Program-made: the position numbers and the translations under genes
Shown here: in pieces, positions 52,007-61,528 of the stretch
Layout: the number at the start of each line of letters is the position of its first letter
Position numbering within the stretch: the first letter of the stretch is position 1
Virus record (IMG/VR): IMGVR_UViG_3300023174_000152
Span: 8,066 to 72,065 of that record
Direction: 5' to 3' (one strand)
DNA: 64,000 nucleotides
Source of the DNA: a virus
Notes under the pieces: generated by a model
Database searches by the model: none
What the model was told of the DNA's origin: nothing
Seen by the model: only the letters and a program-made list of their open reading frames with translations

Positions 52007-54337
52007 TTAAGCCGTTTGGATGGGCGGTAATCCGCGGCGTCGACGTTCAGCATTGATATTGGCCAATATTATAGGGTCGCTGCCGGCATAGGTCAAATCT
52101 GCATCGACTACATTGGAGTATATGTTAAACTGCGTTGTATAGTTGGGTGTGGTGATTTTGGCATCGCCGATCACTGCTGACACAGCGGCATCAACTCCAC
52201 TGCGATTTATCGTTGAAGTAGATCCTATGCCCGCGGTGCTGTAGCCTTTGAGAGCGTCACTGATTTTTTGGTTGGCTAGGTCTACAGCATATTGTGCCCC
52301 ACGCACCAGTTGGCTGATATTTGAATTCAATGCTGAGTCGCCCACTGTTCCTTGCACCCATTTTTTGACTACTTCTGCACCGTATTTGGATCCTGCTTGT
52401 ACTAGTCCTGCAAGTTTGGCAGGATCTTCGCCACCGGTGACCACTCCTGCGGATCTCAGTTGTTGCAAAGACAACGTGTACAGGTCTGTTTGCACCGCGG
52501 CCTGTAGTTTGGGGTCGGCCAACAACGAAGTCACATTGTTGACTCCGGCCTGACCTGTCCAAACTGAAGGGCTTTTTAATATGTCTACTGCGGTGGCAGT
52601 TCCATCTGTGAGATAAAACTCCACTGTGCCGGGCTTGAGATAGCCCGCGGCTTCTAACTGTCTTGGGGTGAGCTTGTAGGCGCCGACTCCTTCATCGCTG
52701 AGCTCCAATGGATCTTGATTGGCCAACAGTTTGGTCTGTGCCAACATGCCAGTGACTTGTTCGGGTTCTATCGATCCCACGCTGACTGTAGCTGGCGTTT
52801 GAGTTTCATACTGTTCGGCCTGTATTGGGTCAAACTCAACGTTTTGTATTTCTGAGAACTTGACGTCTACTTCTCCAGAAACTGCCACTGGTGCTGCCGA
52901 AGCCTGTAGTTCTGTTTGATTATTGACTCCGCGGCTCTGCAATGGATAGGGTTGATGTGTGGGAGCTCGTGTGACGATGGTAGTCAACGCACCATTTTGT
53001 ACCACCCATCCCTGGCTTTGTTCGAACTTGACATCGGGCAAGCTCTGTTTGATTATATCGCTGGGTTTTGGCACATCTGGTGCGCTGCCGCCATTCAATG
53101 ATATGCACCCAGCACTGAGTACCATGTTGCTACCCGCATCCCAGGTTCCTGATTTTGAAGACTTCAGACTCAGTGTGCCGTCACTTTTGATACCCACATA
53201 ACTGTCACTGTATAAAAGCATGGCCTTGGTAGATTTGGCAGTGATCAACTCGGATTCCATGGCAATGGATCTTTCGCCTTTGACGTTGATCACTCCTTTG
53301 GCATTCATGTTGATGTTGCGATCGGCATGCAAGTTGATGTCGCCGTTGCTACGCAGGTTGATAGAGTTGGTACTATAGATATCTACTGTGCCTTGGCTGC
53401 CAAACTCCAACCAAGTTTGTCCATTGGCATGTATGATAAAGAAACAGTCTCCCGAATCACTCATGGTGATTTGATGACCTTTGGCTGTGCGCAAACGTAC
53501 TAGAGCATCGTTGCCTGATAAATCACCATCATCCATGACAAATGAGTGCCCGCCACGACGTGCAATGACTGTGGCATCTTGAGGAGTCAAACTGCCCGAT
53601 TGTGCTCGCTGGCGCACATCAGCATCTGTCATTCCGCCTAGATAGATGGGTCTGCCTGGAGTGCTGATGCCATATACTGTGCTGGGACTTTCACGTTGCG
53701 CATTGGATCCAATGGGTCCACGTACAGGATCTTTGATGAGACCTTGCTGTAGCAACACTGCGGCCACTACACTATGCACAGGTTTTTTGCTGTCATAGAA
53801 CTTGGGATTTTCAGCTATTTGCTGATTGTTGACGTTGAGCTCGACCACTGGCAGTTGAGGAGCGCCATTGAAGTAAGGTTGTTGTGCGCTGTTGTCAAGT
53901 TTGTAGTTACGCGAAGCACCAATGGCTGGTAACATATGATTCACGCCGGGCTCAATCACTGCACCAAGATAATATCCATAGTTAGAATCTCCTGATGCAA
54001 AAAAACATATCAGCTGTGTACCAATGTCAGGTGGAGTAAACCACATTCCATAGCTCTGTTTGTTGAGTATGTAGGATCCTTCACCACTTTGTTGGTCTGT
54101 GGGAGGATTGGTGGTGCCATAAAACGGACTGACCGGGCTCACTGTTCTCCAAACATCTGGATTGGTTTTGTCAGGGCCAGCAAAATCTTCAATGTAGACT
54201 TTGACTTGTCCACTGCGAGTACCGTCTAATACCTGACGTACTTCGCCCACATACATGCCCACTTGTGTAGGAGCATTGCCTCGATCTAGTTTATAGGCAC
54301 CCGGGGTGCCTGCGGTGCGTTGTTGATTGTCTGCCAT
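52007..54337 (-). CDS. Baseplate hub / central spike (gp5/VgrG-like) with additional C-terminal domain
   Basis: OB-fold region (G.V....D..RSG.VKV...SYGMWFTPPDIGT.LIC.F), GHSFVMDD..RLRT..GHQI, beta-helix repeats (INLHADRNINMNA) and RAPTHQPYP. Confidence 0.75.
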   Translation of the reverse strand: MADNQQRTAGTPGAYKLDRGNAPTQVGMYVGEVRQVLDGTRSGQVKVYIEDFAGPDKTNPDVWRTVSPVSPFYGTTNPPTDQQSGEGSYILNKQSYGMWFTPPDIGTQLICFFASGDSNYGYYLGAVIEPGVNHMLPAIGASRNYKLDNSAQQPYFNGAPQLPVVELNVNNQQIAENPKFYDSKKPVHSVVAAVLLQQGLIKDPVRGPIGSNAQRESPSTVYGISTPGRPIYLGGMTDADVRQRAQSGSLTPQDATVIARRGGHSFVMDDGDLSGNDALVRLRTAKGHQITMSDSGDCFFIIHANGQTWLEFGSQGTVDIYSTNSINLRSNGDINLHADRNINMNAKGVINVKGERSIAMESELITAKSTKAMLLYSDSYVGIKSDGTLSLKSSKSGTWDAGSNMVLSAGCISLNGGSAPDVPKPSDIIKQSLPDVKFEQSQGWVVQNGALTTIVTRAPTHQPYPLQSRGVNNQTELQASAAPVAVSGEVDVKFSEIQNVEFDPIQAEQYETQTPATVSVGSIEPEQVTGMLAQTKLLANQDPLELSDEGVGAYKLTPRQLEAAGYLKPGTVEFYLTDGTATAVDILKSPSVWTGQAGVNNVTSLLADPKLQAAVQTDLYTLSLQQLRSAGVVTGGEDPAKLAGLVQAGSKYGAEVVKKWVQGTVGDSALNSNISQLVRGAQYAVDLANQKISDALKGYSTAGIGSTSTINRSGVDAAVSAVIGDAKITTPNYTTQFNIYSNVVDADLTYAGSDPIILANINAERRRRGLPPIQTA

Positions 54338-54350
54338 GGTCGTCTACTTA

Positions 54351-57314
54351 TTATGGTCCGCCGGGAACAGGAGTAGAAGTGTCGGTGGCATCTTCCCCGT
54401 TGCCAGTGGCCGATCTTCTCAACAGTTGTAGCGCATTCTGTCTCAATGCAGATGTGTCGTTTGTGGTAGTTGCTGGCGGATTTGGTGTGCGCAAAGTATT
54501 GGTGCTGTATTTTGCCCGATCTGCGGCTGTCCTATTTCCCAGTGCCAGCATGGCAGCGCCTGTGTCTGCATCTTCTTGATCGGCCGCTGTCCATAGTCTA
54601 TTGCGTTCGGCTGCAACAGACACGGTGGCCTTGGCAGCATTGAACTGGCGTAGTGCGCCATTTATTCGTTGCGTAAATTTTCCTTGTCGAAAGTTACTGT
54701 CTACGGTCAGCGCATTAAACACTGTGCTCTGTGGTTCCAATATGATATTTGATGTGTTTTGTCCATACAATCCACCATTGGAGTTGATCGTGGCCAACCC
54801 ATCAAGAAGATTATAGTCATTGACTGGGTTAATCTTGATTTCGTACAGCACTTCGCTGGCAGCGGTGTTGACTGATCCATCAGGCATGAAAGGGCTGAGA
54901 TATACTGTGGTTGGATCGGTATAAAAAACTTCACTTTGCTGTATCCAATCTGGATCGCCTAATATGGTTACTGTGGATTTCTGGAGATCTTGATCCTGAT
55001 ACAGTCTGGCGGCCAATTCTGCGGCTGGAGTGGTTGTGTCACCTTGGCCGCCCGTGCCTTCAGAGTTAGGTTTGGTTTGGAAATAGCGTTTTTCATAGAT
55101 CCTGGCGCTGGAAGTCCATTCGTCACCTTGAGGCAGTCCGCCTTGATTGGCCGCGAAACTCATGGTATAGTTAAAGTTTGTTTGTATTTCGAGATCTAAC
55201 AGCTCGGCATTTTCTCCGGTGAACCAATAGTTATAAACTTTGTGAGTTCCTCTAAAAGCTGCCGTCGGAAATGCAGGAACCTTGGGATCATTGATTTGAT
55301 AAGGTGTCACTGTGTAGACTATTTTGTAAGAGTTGGTGCGTCTTATGTTGTCATATTCCAAGGGTGTGGATTGGCATTGTATCCGATACCACTGCACAGT
55401 GGCCACTGGTGTTTGGGTATACCATTTTTGTGTGGTTTCATCTTGTCGTATATTTTGTTGGCTAGTGATATAAGAACTGTTGCGCATCACTAAGTCAATC
55501 AACTGGACTATCTGAGTACCACGTGTGACATTCCATGTTTTTGAATTATTGTTATAACTACTGGCCTGTGGATTCAATGTCTGATTGGCCGTGGCAGGCG
55601 GTGCTGTGGACGCTCGTTTTTTATCTTGCCTGCCAGGGCGAGCTACTTTGGCGTCAGCCAGTCCTTTGACATTGGCCAAAATGATTTCATACTGGTCTGC
55701 TTTTTCTTGTTGTTTTTTTGCCACTAGTTCTCGTTGATACTCATTGAGTGCTTCGGCTAGACCATTGGTATATTGTTTTATAGCAGAAAGAGGTACAGCG
55801 TTGGGCGGTGGTTGGCTTGATCCTTCTCGATCTCTAACTTCATCTTCTGTGGCATTGGCTTGTCTAGTCAAGCTGGTTTTGCCATTGAGCAAGGTGGCCA
55901 CATCTGGAGCTTGTAGTTCAAAGTCAAAGGGAATGGTAGCAGTCATGGTGCTGAATCCCAGCACAGTTTGTGGGACTGTGGCAGTAATGTTGTATTCTAC
56001 CTGGCGATTTGTTAACTTGTATTTTATATCTGCAATCTGGAAAGGTATCCATTTTTCCACGATCGAATTAGTATCACTGCCAACTTCTTTGATACCAAGT
56101 TCACTGCTGTTGACTATTTGCCCGTTGGCATCGTAGCCATAGAATCTAATGATCATGAGAAAGTTTTGATTGCCTTCACTGACAGAGTTTCCACCTGCTT
56201 GGTGTTCACGCACTGCTTTTCTTAGTCGTTGTATGAAAGTCACGCCAGTGGGTTCAACCACTGTGAACTGCATGCTCAGTGTGTTGTGCGCTCGAGTTCC
56301 ACCTTGTGTACCTATGGAACTTTGTATTTTGACGTCGTCAAGATAAAAATCAACATCAAAGTATTTGTTGCGTTGTCCAGTGTTGAATCCGGCTCCTTGA
56401 TCCATGCCACCACTTTGTATGATCAACTGCTGTGATGGTAAAATTTTTTTTCCTTTGTTTTCCAGCATCCTTTTGTATTCTTCGATGTTGAGCATGTAGA
56501 TGCTGAAACTATAGTTCATTGAAGCCAGTTTAGACAACGGATTAGGAGTTGGAATGATAGGAGCCAAGAACTCTGGTGCTATGGCTGGTCTTCCGCCATC
56601 TGTCACTCCTGCGCCTGACACTGCCGATGTCTGGTCTCTTTGATCATCTGGTGGCGACTGCGATGCAAAAGGACCTTGTGTCTGTGTCAGGGTACGTACT
56701 GGTCTATTGGCACCAACCACCGTGGCACCATCGTCGTTGCCTAGGTCTTCGGGTCCACCCAACAGTCTAGGTAAGTTGGCGTTGTTTTCGTCAGACACAT
56801 TTTCAGGTACGTCAATCAGTCTACCTTCGTCATCAAAGGTCTGCAATGGTGCCGAAGGATCTTGTGTTCGAGCACCTTCACTGGCTGCTTTTTGGGCTTC
56901 CACCGCATCTGCTGCCGATGAAGTCACTGGAGGACGAGGAGTGTTGTTTTCTAAGTTATAGGTATCTCGTTTGAGTTCGCCAATGAGTCTATTAGATGTA
57001 TTTCGTACAGATTCTACTCCAGTGTCAATGTCTCTGCTTCTTGCACTATATGTCTGTACCAGTTGACGTTCGGGTTCAACTTTGGCATCTCTGGCCATGT
57101 CATTGATTTCGCTTTTGGCCGAGCTGTTGCTGGTGGTTGCTAAGCCAAGGAATGTGTTTACTTGGCCGTATAAGTTTTCTGCTCGTTGTGTGTTGTTTAC
57201 GGCCACAGCCGCTGCCAGCTCGCCGTTGACTTTGCGAGCAGTTTCAAGTTGTCGTTCAGCTTGATTTAAAAATCTATCGGCGGCCTGTGAACTTAAAAAA
57301 AATGTCGATGCCAT
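54351..57314 (-). CDS. Baseplate hub / tail-associated protein (gp27-like)
   Basis: PNPL..LASMNY, FTVVEPTG.TF, and TVTILGDPDWI...SNFRQGKFTQRI; located between the gp53-like and gp5-like genes. Confidence 0.55.
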   Translation of the reverse strand: MASTFFLSSQAADRFLNQAERQLETARKVNGELAAAVAVNNTQRAENLYGQVNTFLGLATTSNSSAKSEINDMARDAKVEPERQLVQTYSARSRDIDTGVESVRNTSNRLIGELKRDTYNLENNTPRPPVTSSAADAVEAQKAASEGARTQDPSAPLQTFDDEGRLIDVPENVSDENNANLPRLLGGPEDLGNDDGATVVGANRPVRTLTQTQGPFASQSPPDDQRDQTSAVSGAGVTDGGRPAIAPEFLAPIIPTPNPLSKLASMNYSFSIYMLNIEEYKRMLENKGKKILPSQQLIIQSGGMDQGAGFNTGQRNKYFDVDFYLDDVKIQSSIGTQGGTRAHNTLSMQFTVVEPTGVTFIQRLRKAVREHQAGGNSVSEGNQNFLMIIRFYGYDANGQIVNSSELGIKEVGSDTNSIVEKWIPFQIADIKYKLTNRQVEYNITATVPQTVLGFSTMTATIPFDFELQAPDVATLLNGKTSLTRQANATEDEVRDREGSSQPPPNAVPLSAIKQYTNGLAEALNEYQRELVAKKQQEKADQYEIILANVKGLADAKVARPGRQDKKRASTAPPATANQTLNPQASSYNNNSKTWNVTRGTQIVQLIDLVMRNSSYITSQQNIRQDETTQKWYTQTPVATVQWYRIQCQSTPLEYDNIRRTNSYKIVYTVTPYQINDPKVPAFPTAAFRGTHKVYNYWFTGENAELLDLEIQTNFNYTMSFAANQGGLPQGDEWTSSARIYEKRYFQTKPNSEGTGGQGDTTTPAAELAARLYQDQDLQKSTVTILGDPDWIQQSEVFYTDPTTVYLSPFMPDGSVNTAASEVLYEIKINPVNDYNLLDGLATINSNGGLYGQNTSNIILEPQSTVFNALTVDSNFRQGKFTQRINGALRQFNAAKATVSVAAERNRLWTAADQEDADTGAAMLALGNRTAADRAKYSTNTLRTPNPPATTTNDTSALRQNALQLLRRSATGNGEDATDTSTPVPGGP

Positions 57315-57317
57315 AGA

Positions 57318-57620
57318 TTAAAATCCCAAGGCGGCTCTTAGAGTGTCTATTTTGGGAATATAAATGGTCACGCCTTGTCTGAAGTCGCCCAGGGGATCAG
57401 GCAAAGCATTGGGGTTACGTTGTGCAAACACCCACCATAGACCCGAATCGCCATACAAGTCATAAGCCAACAGATCAGGGCGTAGGTTATAGGTTTGATT
57501 GATAGTAAACACCAAATCATCAGCTTGCTTGGGTATGGGTCTATTGACTCTGGGTCCAAGATAGATTCCATTGACCACGGGTGTGGCATAATAAGCACTG
57601 TTGGCAGCATAGATACTCAT
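57318..57620 (-). CDS. Baseplate wedge subunit (gp53 / LysM-like)
   Basis: RPDLLAYDLYGDSGLWWVFAQRN...G.TIYIP. Confidence 0.8.
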   Translation of the reverse strand: MSIYAANSAYYATPVVNGIYLGPRVNRPIPKQADDLVFTINQTYNLRPDLLAYDLYGDSGLWWVFAQRNPNALPDPLGDFRQGVTIYIPKIDTLRAALGF

Positions 57621-59485
57621 TACCAGAATCCTCCTCTCAACAAGTTTCCATTGGCATATTTTTCAAGACTGAACTGCTGGCTGATCTGACTGCGTGTGGG
57701 CATGGGCAACAAGGTCAATGACATTGACATCTTGGTAGGCACATAGCTGGGAGTGTTTAAACCAAGATTAGGCGGAGCCGGAGGAATATTCATACCACCT
57801 TGCGGAAGATTGGCTCCGGTGAGTCGGCTCCATATACTGCTTAAACTATAACTGGGCGCAGTAGAACTGGCCAATGTTCTGCGGAACATCAGGCCATTGC
57901 CGCCTTGGGTGACTCCTGACGAAGTAGACTGCCGTCCACGTGAACGTATGTAGTCTACATCTTTGGGTAGATTATAGTTGAACTGTGAAATCACACAAGG
58001 ATGTTCGTTGAACTGGAAGGTGCCCAGACCTGATAAAAATACCAAAGGTGGCGGTGTACCACGCTGTTTGTCTTGACCATAGAACATCTTGGTACAGCTA
58101 CGGAAAAAATGTATTACCGCCAACAAATAATCTGCTTCGTTGGAGTCCTGGGCTGTGAAGTCAGCGTTGAGTACTACGTCACCAACTCTACTGCCTTTGT
58201 AGAAATATCCGCGATAGTTTGTGTGTACCAGATCATATGGAGTGTATTCAGCTGAATACTGTATGTCTATCTGGGGAGTATAAGGAAATACCACGCCGTC
58301 AGTTTGACGCAACGGTTCCATGATGCCTGCTGAGTTCAGCCCTGGTGATTTATAGAGATAGGTCGCATTGGGAGCCAGTCGTAGTCGAACACGCCAGTCT
58401 CCGTCGCCCACTGCTTTGCCATTGGCCTTGCGTTGAGCTGATACCGTGGCTTGATTTTGTGCCTGTTGCTTGAGTGCTTCGATGCGGCTGGCTTCAGCAG
58501 AAGCCGCTGTGGCTGGTTCAACAAAGTCTCCGCCAACATACACGGGGTCGTTATTTTCATCTAATGTGTAGCCTGGCAACAGGAATCCATCATCGTCGTA
58601 GGCCACGCCAATGTTACGTGCGGCCAAACCACCATAGCCAGGATCGCCTACAGAAAGATTTTCTGCGTCAAGTATGGCTGCTTGTTCTGACAGTCCACGC
58701 TTGATCGGTAGTCCTGTGGCCAGATCAACCACATCATACTTGCCAGTTTCTACATCATAGGAAGCCACATAGTCGCCGCCCACTGGTCTGGCCTGGGTTT
58801 GTATACTTGATGTTGCTATTGTATTGGCCGTGTTAAGCCCTGCAAATCCGTCAACATCATAGGGTGGCTGTACAATAGTTGATGCTGGTTGTGCTTGTAT
58901 CTGACTAACAGGTACGGTTGGATCTGTTGTCTGAGGTGCGGCAGCTGGCTCAGGAGGATCTGACTGTGCCACAGGAGCTCTGGTCAGCGGTGGCGGTGGT
59001 ACTTGGCTGGCTTTTAATTCTGCAAATACTTTCTGCGATTCAGGGTCGTCAGTTGTGTTATAAATCACATTGCCCGTGGTAACTGGAAAGTTATTGGGAT
59101 TAGCAAACCCACCTGAACCAAATGGCTGTACCGCCGGTGTTTGTGATCTTGGTGGGCCTAGCAAGCTGGTGTCAGGAGGACCTGACCCAAATGGCAGTAC
59201 CACCGGAGCGGCATTGGCTATGGGAAGATTGTTGGGATTGGTAAATCCGCCTGCACCTATACCTTGCACAGGAGTCACTACCCCGGGCTCAGAAACAAGC
59301 CCTGTGGTGGTGGCGATATCTTGTCGCACTGCCAATCTCACAGAGTCGGGTGTGACCACACCGCTTTTTACAAAGTTGTCAGCAACGTTTTTGTTGTCCA
59401 ACGCCACAACTTCAACACCGGCATCGATGTCGATGATTCTGTAAGTCCTTGTGGTTTCGTCGTAGATTGCTTCTAGTTTGGCCAT
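57620..59485 (-). CDS. Tail tube initiator / baseplate-tube junction protein (gp48/gp54-like) with long Pro/Ala-rich N-terminus
   Basis: C-terminal DWRVRL...GVVFPYTP..YSAEY...HTNY...FTAQ...GTPPPLVFL...YVPT..S.SLTLLP. Start set at ATG 59485. Confidence 0.6.
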   Translation of the reverse strand: MAKLEAIYDETTRTYRIIDIDAGVEVVALDNKNVADNFVKSGVVTPDSVRLAVRQDIATTTGLVSEPGVVTPVQGIGAGGFTNPNNLPIANAAPVVLPFGSGPPDTSLLGPPRSQTPAVQPFGSGGFANPNNFPVTTGNVIYNTTDDPESQKVFAELKASQVPPPPLTRAPVAQSDPPEPAAAPQTTDPTVPVSQIQAQPASTIVQPPYDVDGFAGLNTANTIATSSIQTQARPVGGDYVASYDVETGKYDVVDLATGLPIKRGLSEQAAILDAENLSVGDPGYGGLAARNIGVAYDDDGFLLPGYTLDENNDPVYVGGDFVEPATAASAEASRIEALKQQAQNQATVSAQRKANGKAVGDGDWRVRLRLAPNATYLYKSPGLNSAGIMEPLRQTDGVVFPYTPQIDIQYSAEYTPYDLVHTNYRGYFYKGSRVGDVVLNADFTAQDSNEADYLLAVIHFFRSCTKMFYGQDKQRGTPPPLVFLSGLGTFQFNEHPCVISQFNYNLPKDVDYIRSRGRQSTSSGVTQGGNGLMFRRTLASSTAPSYSLSSIWSRLTGANLPQGGMNIPPAPPNLGLNTPSYVPTKMSMSLTLLPMPTRSQISQQFSLEKYANGNLLRGGFW

Positions 59486-59500
59486 GGTAGTTCCTGTTGT

Positions 59501-59530
59501 GTATTTACCGGAAGTCAAAACGGCTAAGTT
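59501..59530 (-). promoter_or_regulatory. Candidate bipartite late promoter heading the tail/baseplate operon
   Basis: On the minus strand: AACTTAGCCGTTT-N10-TAAATAC, followed by an AGGA SD and ATG 59485. Confidence 0.65.
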
Positions 59531-59545
59531 AATACAACAAAAGGT

Positions 59546-59573
59546 TTGACAACGGCCCAGAGTGTTGTATAAT
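59546..59573 (+). promoter_or_regulatory. Sigma70-type promoter for the late sigma factor gene
   Basis: TTGACA-16 bp-TATAAT; AGGAG SD before ATG 59601. Confidence 0.8.
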
Positions 59574-59600
59574 AACTACACTATAGGAGAAGTTCAACTC

Positions 59601-60497
59601 ATGGCTACACTAGCTACCCCTACCCCTAAAAAGGTCAACTATCTCAACAACAGAGATATACTCAAAGAAATACACCTTAGCAAGAACACATATTGTAGTT
59701 ACAGAAATCCTGCAACAGATCACCAATATGATATAATCTTGCCTAGTCTGAGCAAGATAAATCAACGCACCATAGCCGAGGCGCGGCGCAATCGTGCTGA
59801 CCGTATCAAGCGTGAAACCGGCGAAGCAGTGAACGAAAAGAAGATACCTAACACTGATCTTGTTTTCCGCATCACTTGCTGGGATCACATACCCAAAGCA
59901 CCCAAAAAACCCACCAAAGCGCAGGCCAAAAAGCAGAAGTTAGACGAGCTATTGGCCTTGGAAGATGTGGAAGAAAACAGCGATTTAGACGATCTATTAG
60001 AGGTTCCTGTGCTGGATATGAATCATGTGAGATTGAACTTTCCACCGTTCTGGCACTATCGTTTGGACGAAAATAAACAGCCTTTTGTGGTGGGTAAATC
60101 ACACTGGCGGGGTACCTTAGATGGGGGCGAGTTCTGCAGAGATCATGGCAAAATGACCAACAAACTGGCCACAATGTTTATCAAACTGTGTGAAAGATAT
60201 GCTACAAGGAGTAACTGGCGTGGATACACATACAACGAAGAAATGCGGGGACAAGCCCTGCTACAGCTCAGTCAAATCGGATTGCAGTTCGACGAGTCAA
60301 AATCGCAGAACCCTTTTGCGTATTATACTGCCGCTATCACTAATAGCTTTACTCGTGTCCTGAACATCGAAAAGAAAATGCAGAACATACGTGACGACAT
60401 CCTGGAAATGAACGGACTCAATCCTTCCTGGACTCGTCAGTTTTCGGAGAGCCATAACAAAACAGCCGAAGCGGTTGCATCTAGCTCAGAAGAATAG
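59601..60497 (+). CDS. gp55: Late-transcription sigma factor (T4 gp55-like), with internal insertion
   Basis: NYLNNRDILKEI and ERYATRSNWRGYTYNEEMRGQALLQL...FDESKSQNPFAYYT...NSF; precedes gp47-gp46 as in T4-like phages. Confidence 0.85.
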   Translation: MATLATPTPKKVNYLNNRDILKEIHLSKNTYCSYRNPATDHQYDIILPSLSKINQRTIAEARRNRADRIKRETGEAVNEKKIPNTDLVFRITCWDHIPKAPKKPTKAQAKKQKLDELLALEDVEENSDLDDLLEVPVLDMNHVRLNFPPFWHYRLDENKQPFVVGKSHWRGTLDGGEFCRDHGKMTNKLATMFIKLCERYATRSNWRGYTYNEEMRGQALLQLSQIGLQFDESKSQNPFAYYTAAITNSFTRVLNIEKKMQNIRDDILEMNGLNPSWTRQFSESHNKTAEAVASSSEE

Positions 60498-60503
60498 TAT
60501 ACT
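60475..60503 (+). promoter_or_regulatory. Sigma70-type promoter for gp47-gp46
   Basis: (GG)TTGCAT-17 bp-TATACT, 8 nt before ATG 60512. Confidence 0.65.
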
Positions 60504-60511
60504 GCTATCAT

Positions 60512-61528
60512 ATGGCCAACTTATTCAAGAAGGCTATCGTTTTCACTGACATCCACTTTGGACTGAAATCGAATAGCCTATTACACAATCAAGATTGCGA
60601 AAAGTTTGTAGATTGGATCATTGCCCAGGGCAAAGAGCACGGTTGCGAAACCGGGATGTTTCTGGGCGATTGGCACCATCATCGTGCGGCGATCAACTTA
60701 CAAACACTAAACTTTAGCTTACAAGCCTTGGAGAAGTTGTCCCGGGCGTTCTCGCAGTTTTTCTTCATCCCCGGCAATCACGACTTGTACTATCGTGACA
60801 AGCGAGACATACATGGCGCAGCCTGGGCAAAACATTTGCCCAACATCCACATCTGCAATGATTGGTTTGAAGAAGGTGATGTCGTCATCGCTCCTTGGCT
60901 TGTTGGCGATGATCACAAGCGCATACAAAAAATGTCCAGCAAATACATGTTTGGACACTTTGAGCTGCCACACTTCAAGATGAATGCCATGGTAGAGATG
61001 CCGGATCACGGTGAAATACAGGCCGCACATTTTGGGCACTATGACAAAGTATTTTCAGGGCACTTCCACTTACGCCAGCACAAGAACAATATTAACTACA
61101 TCGGCAATGCGTTTCCGCACAACTTTGCTGATGCTGGCGACGACCAGCGAGGTTGTATGATACTAGAGTGGGGTGCTGAACCCGAGTATCATGCATGGCC
61201 AGATCAACCACTTTATAATGTTTTTGATCTGTCGACTTTGATTGATCGCGGAGATCAACTGCTACGACCCAACATGCATGTGCGTGTGCAGTTGGACATT
61301 GAAATCTCCTATGAAGAAGCGGGATTCATCAAGGATACATTTATAAGCAAACACAATCTCAGAGAGATGGCCTTGATCCCCAACAAGCGATCAGCTTTGG
61401 AGGAAGATCTATCACCTGGTGAAGTACGGTTTGAATCCGTGGACCAGATTGTGACAGATCAGATTACCAAGATTGAGTCAGAGTTTTACGATCCCAAACT
61501 GTTGTTACAAATATATCAGGCTCTATGA
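60512..61528 (+). CDS. gp47: Recombination endonuclease subunit (Mre11/SbcD-like metallophosphoesterase)
   Basis: FTDIHFG, LGDWHH, PGNHD, FGHFE and SGHFH. Confidence 0.92.
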   Translation: MANLFKKAIVFTDIHFGLKSNSLLHNQDCEKFVDWIIAQGKEHGCETGMFLGDWHHHRAAINLQTLNFSLQALEKLSRAFSQFFFIPGNHDLYYRDKRDIHGAAWAKHLPNIHICNDWFEEGDVVIAPWLVGDDHKRIQKMSSKYMFGHFELPHFKMNAMVEMPDHGEIQAAHFGHYDKVFSGHFHLRQHKNNINYIGNAFPHNFADAGDDQRGCMILEWGAEPEYHAWPDQPLYNVFDLSTLIDRGDQLLRPNMHVRVQLDIEISYEEAGFIKDTFISKHNLREMALIPNKRSALEEDLSPGEVRFESVDQIVTDQITKIESEFYDPKLLLQIYQAL

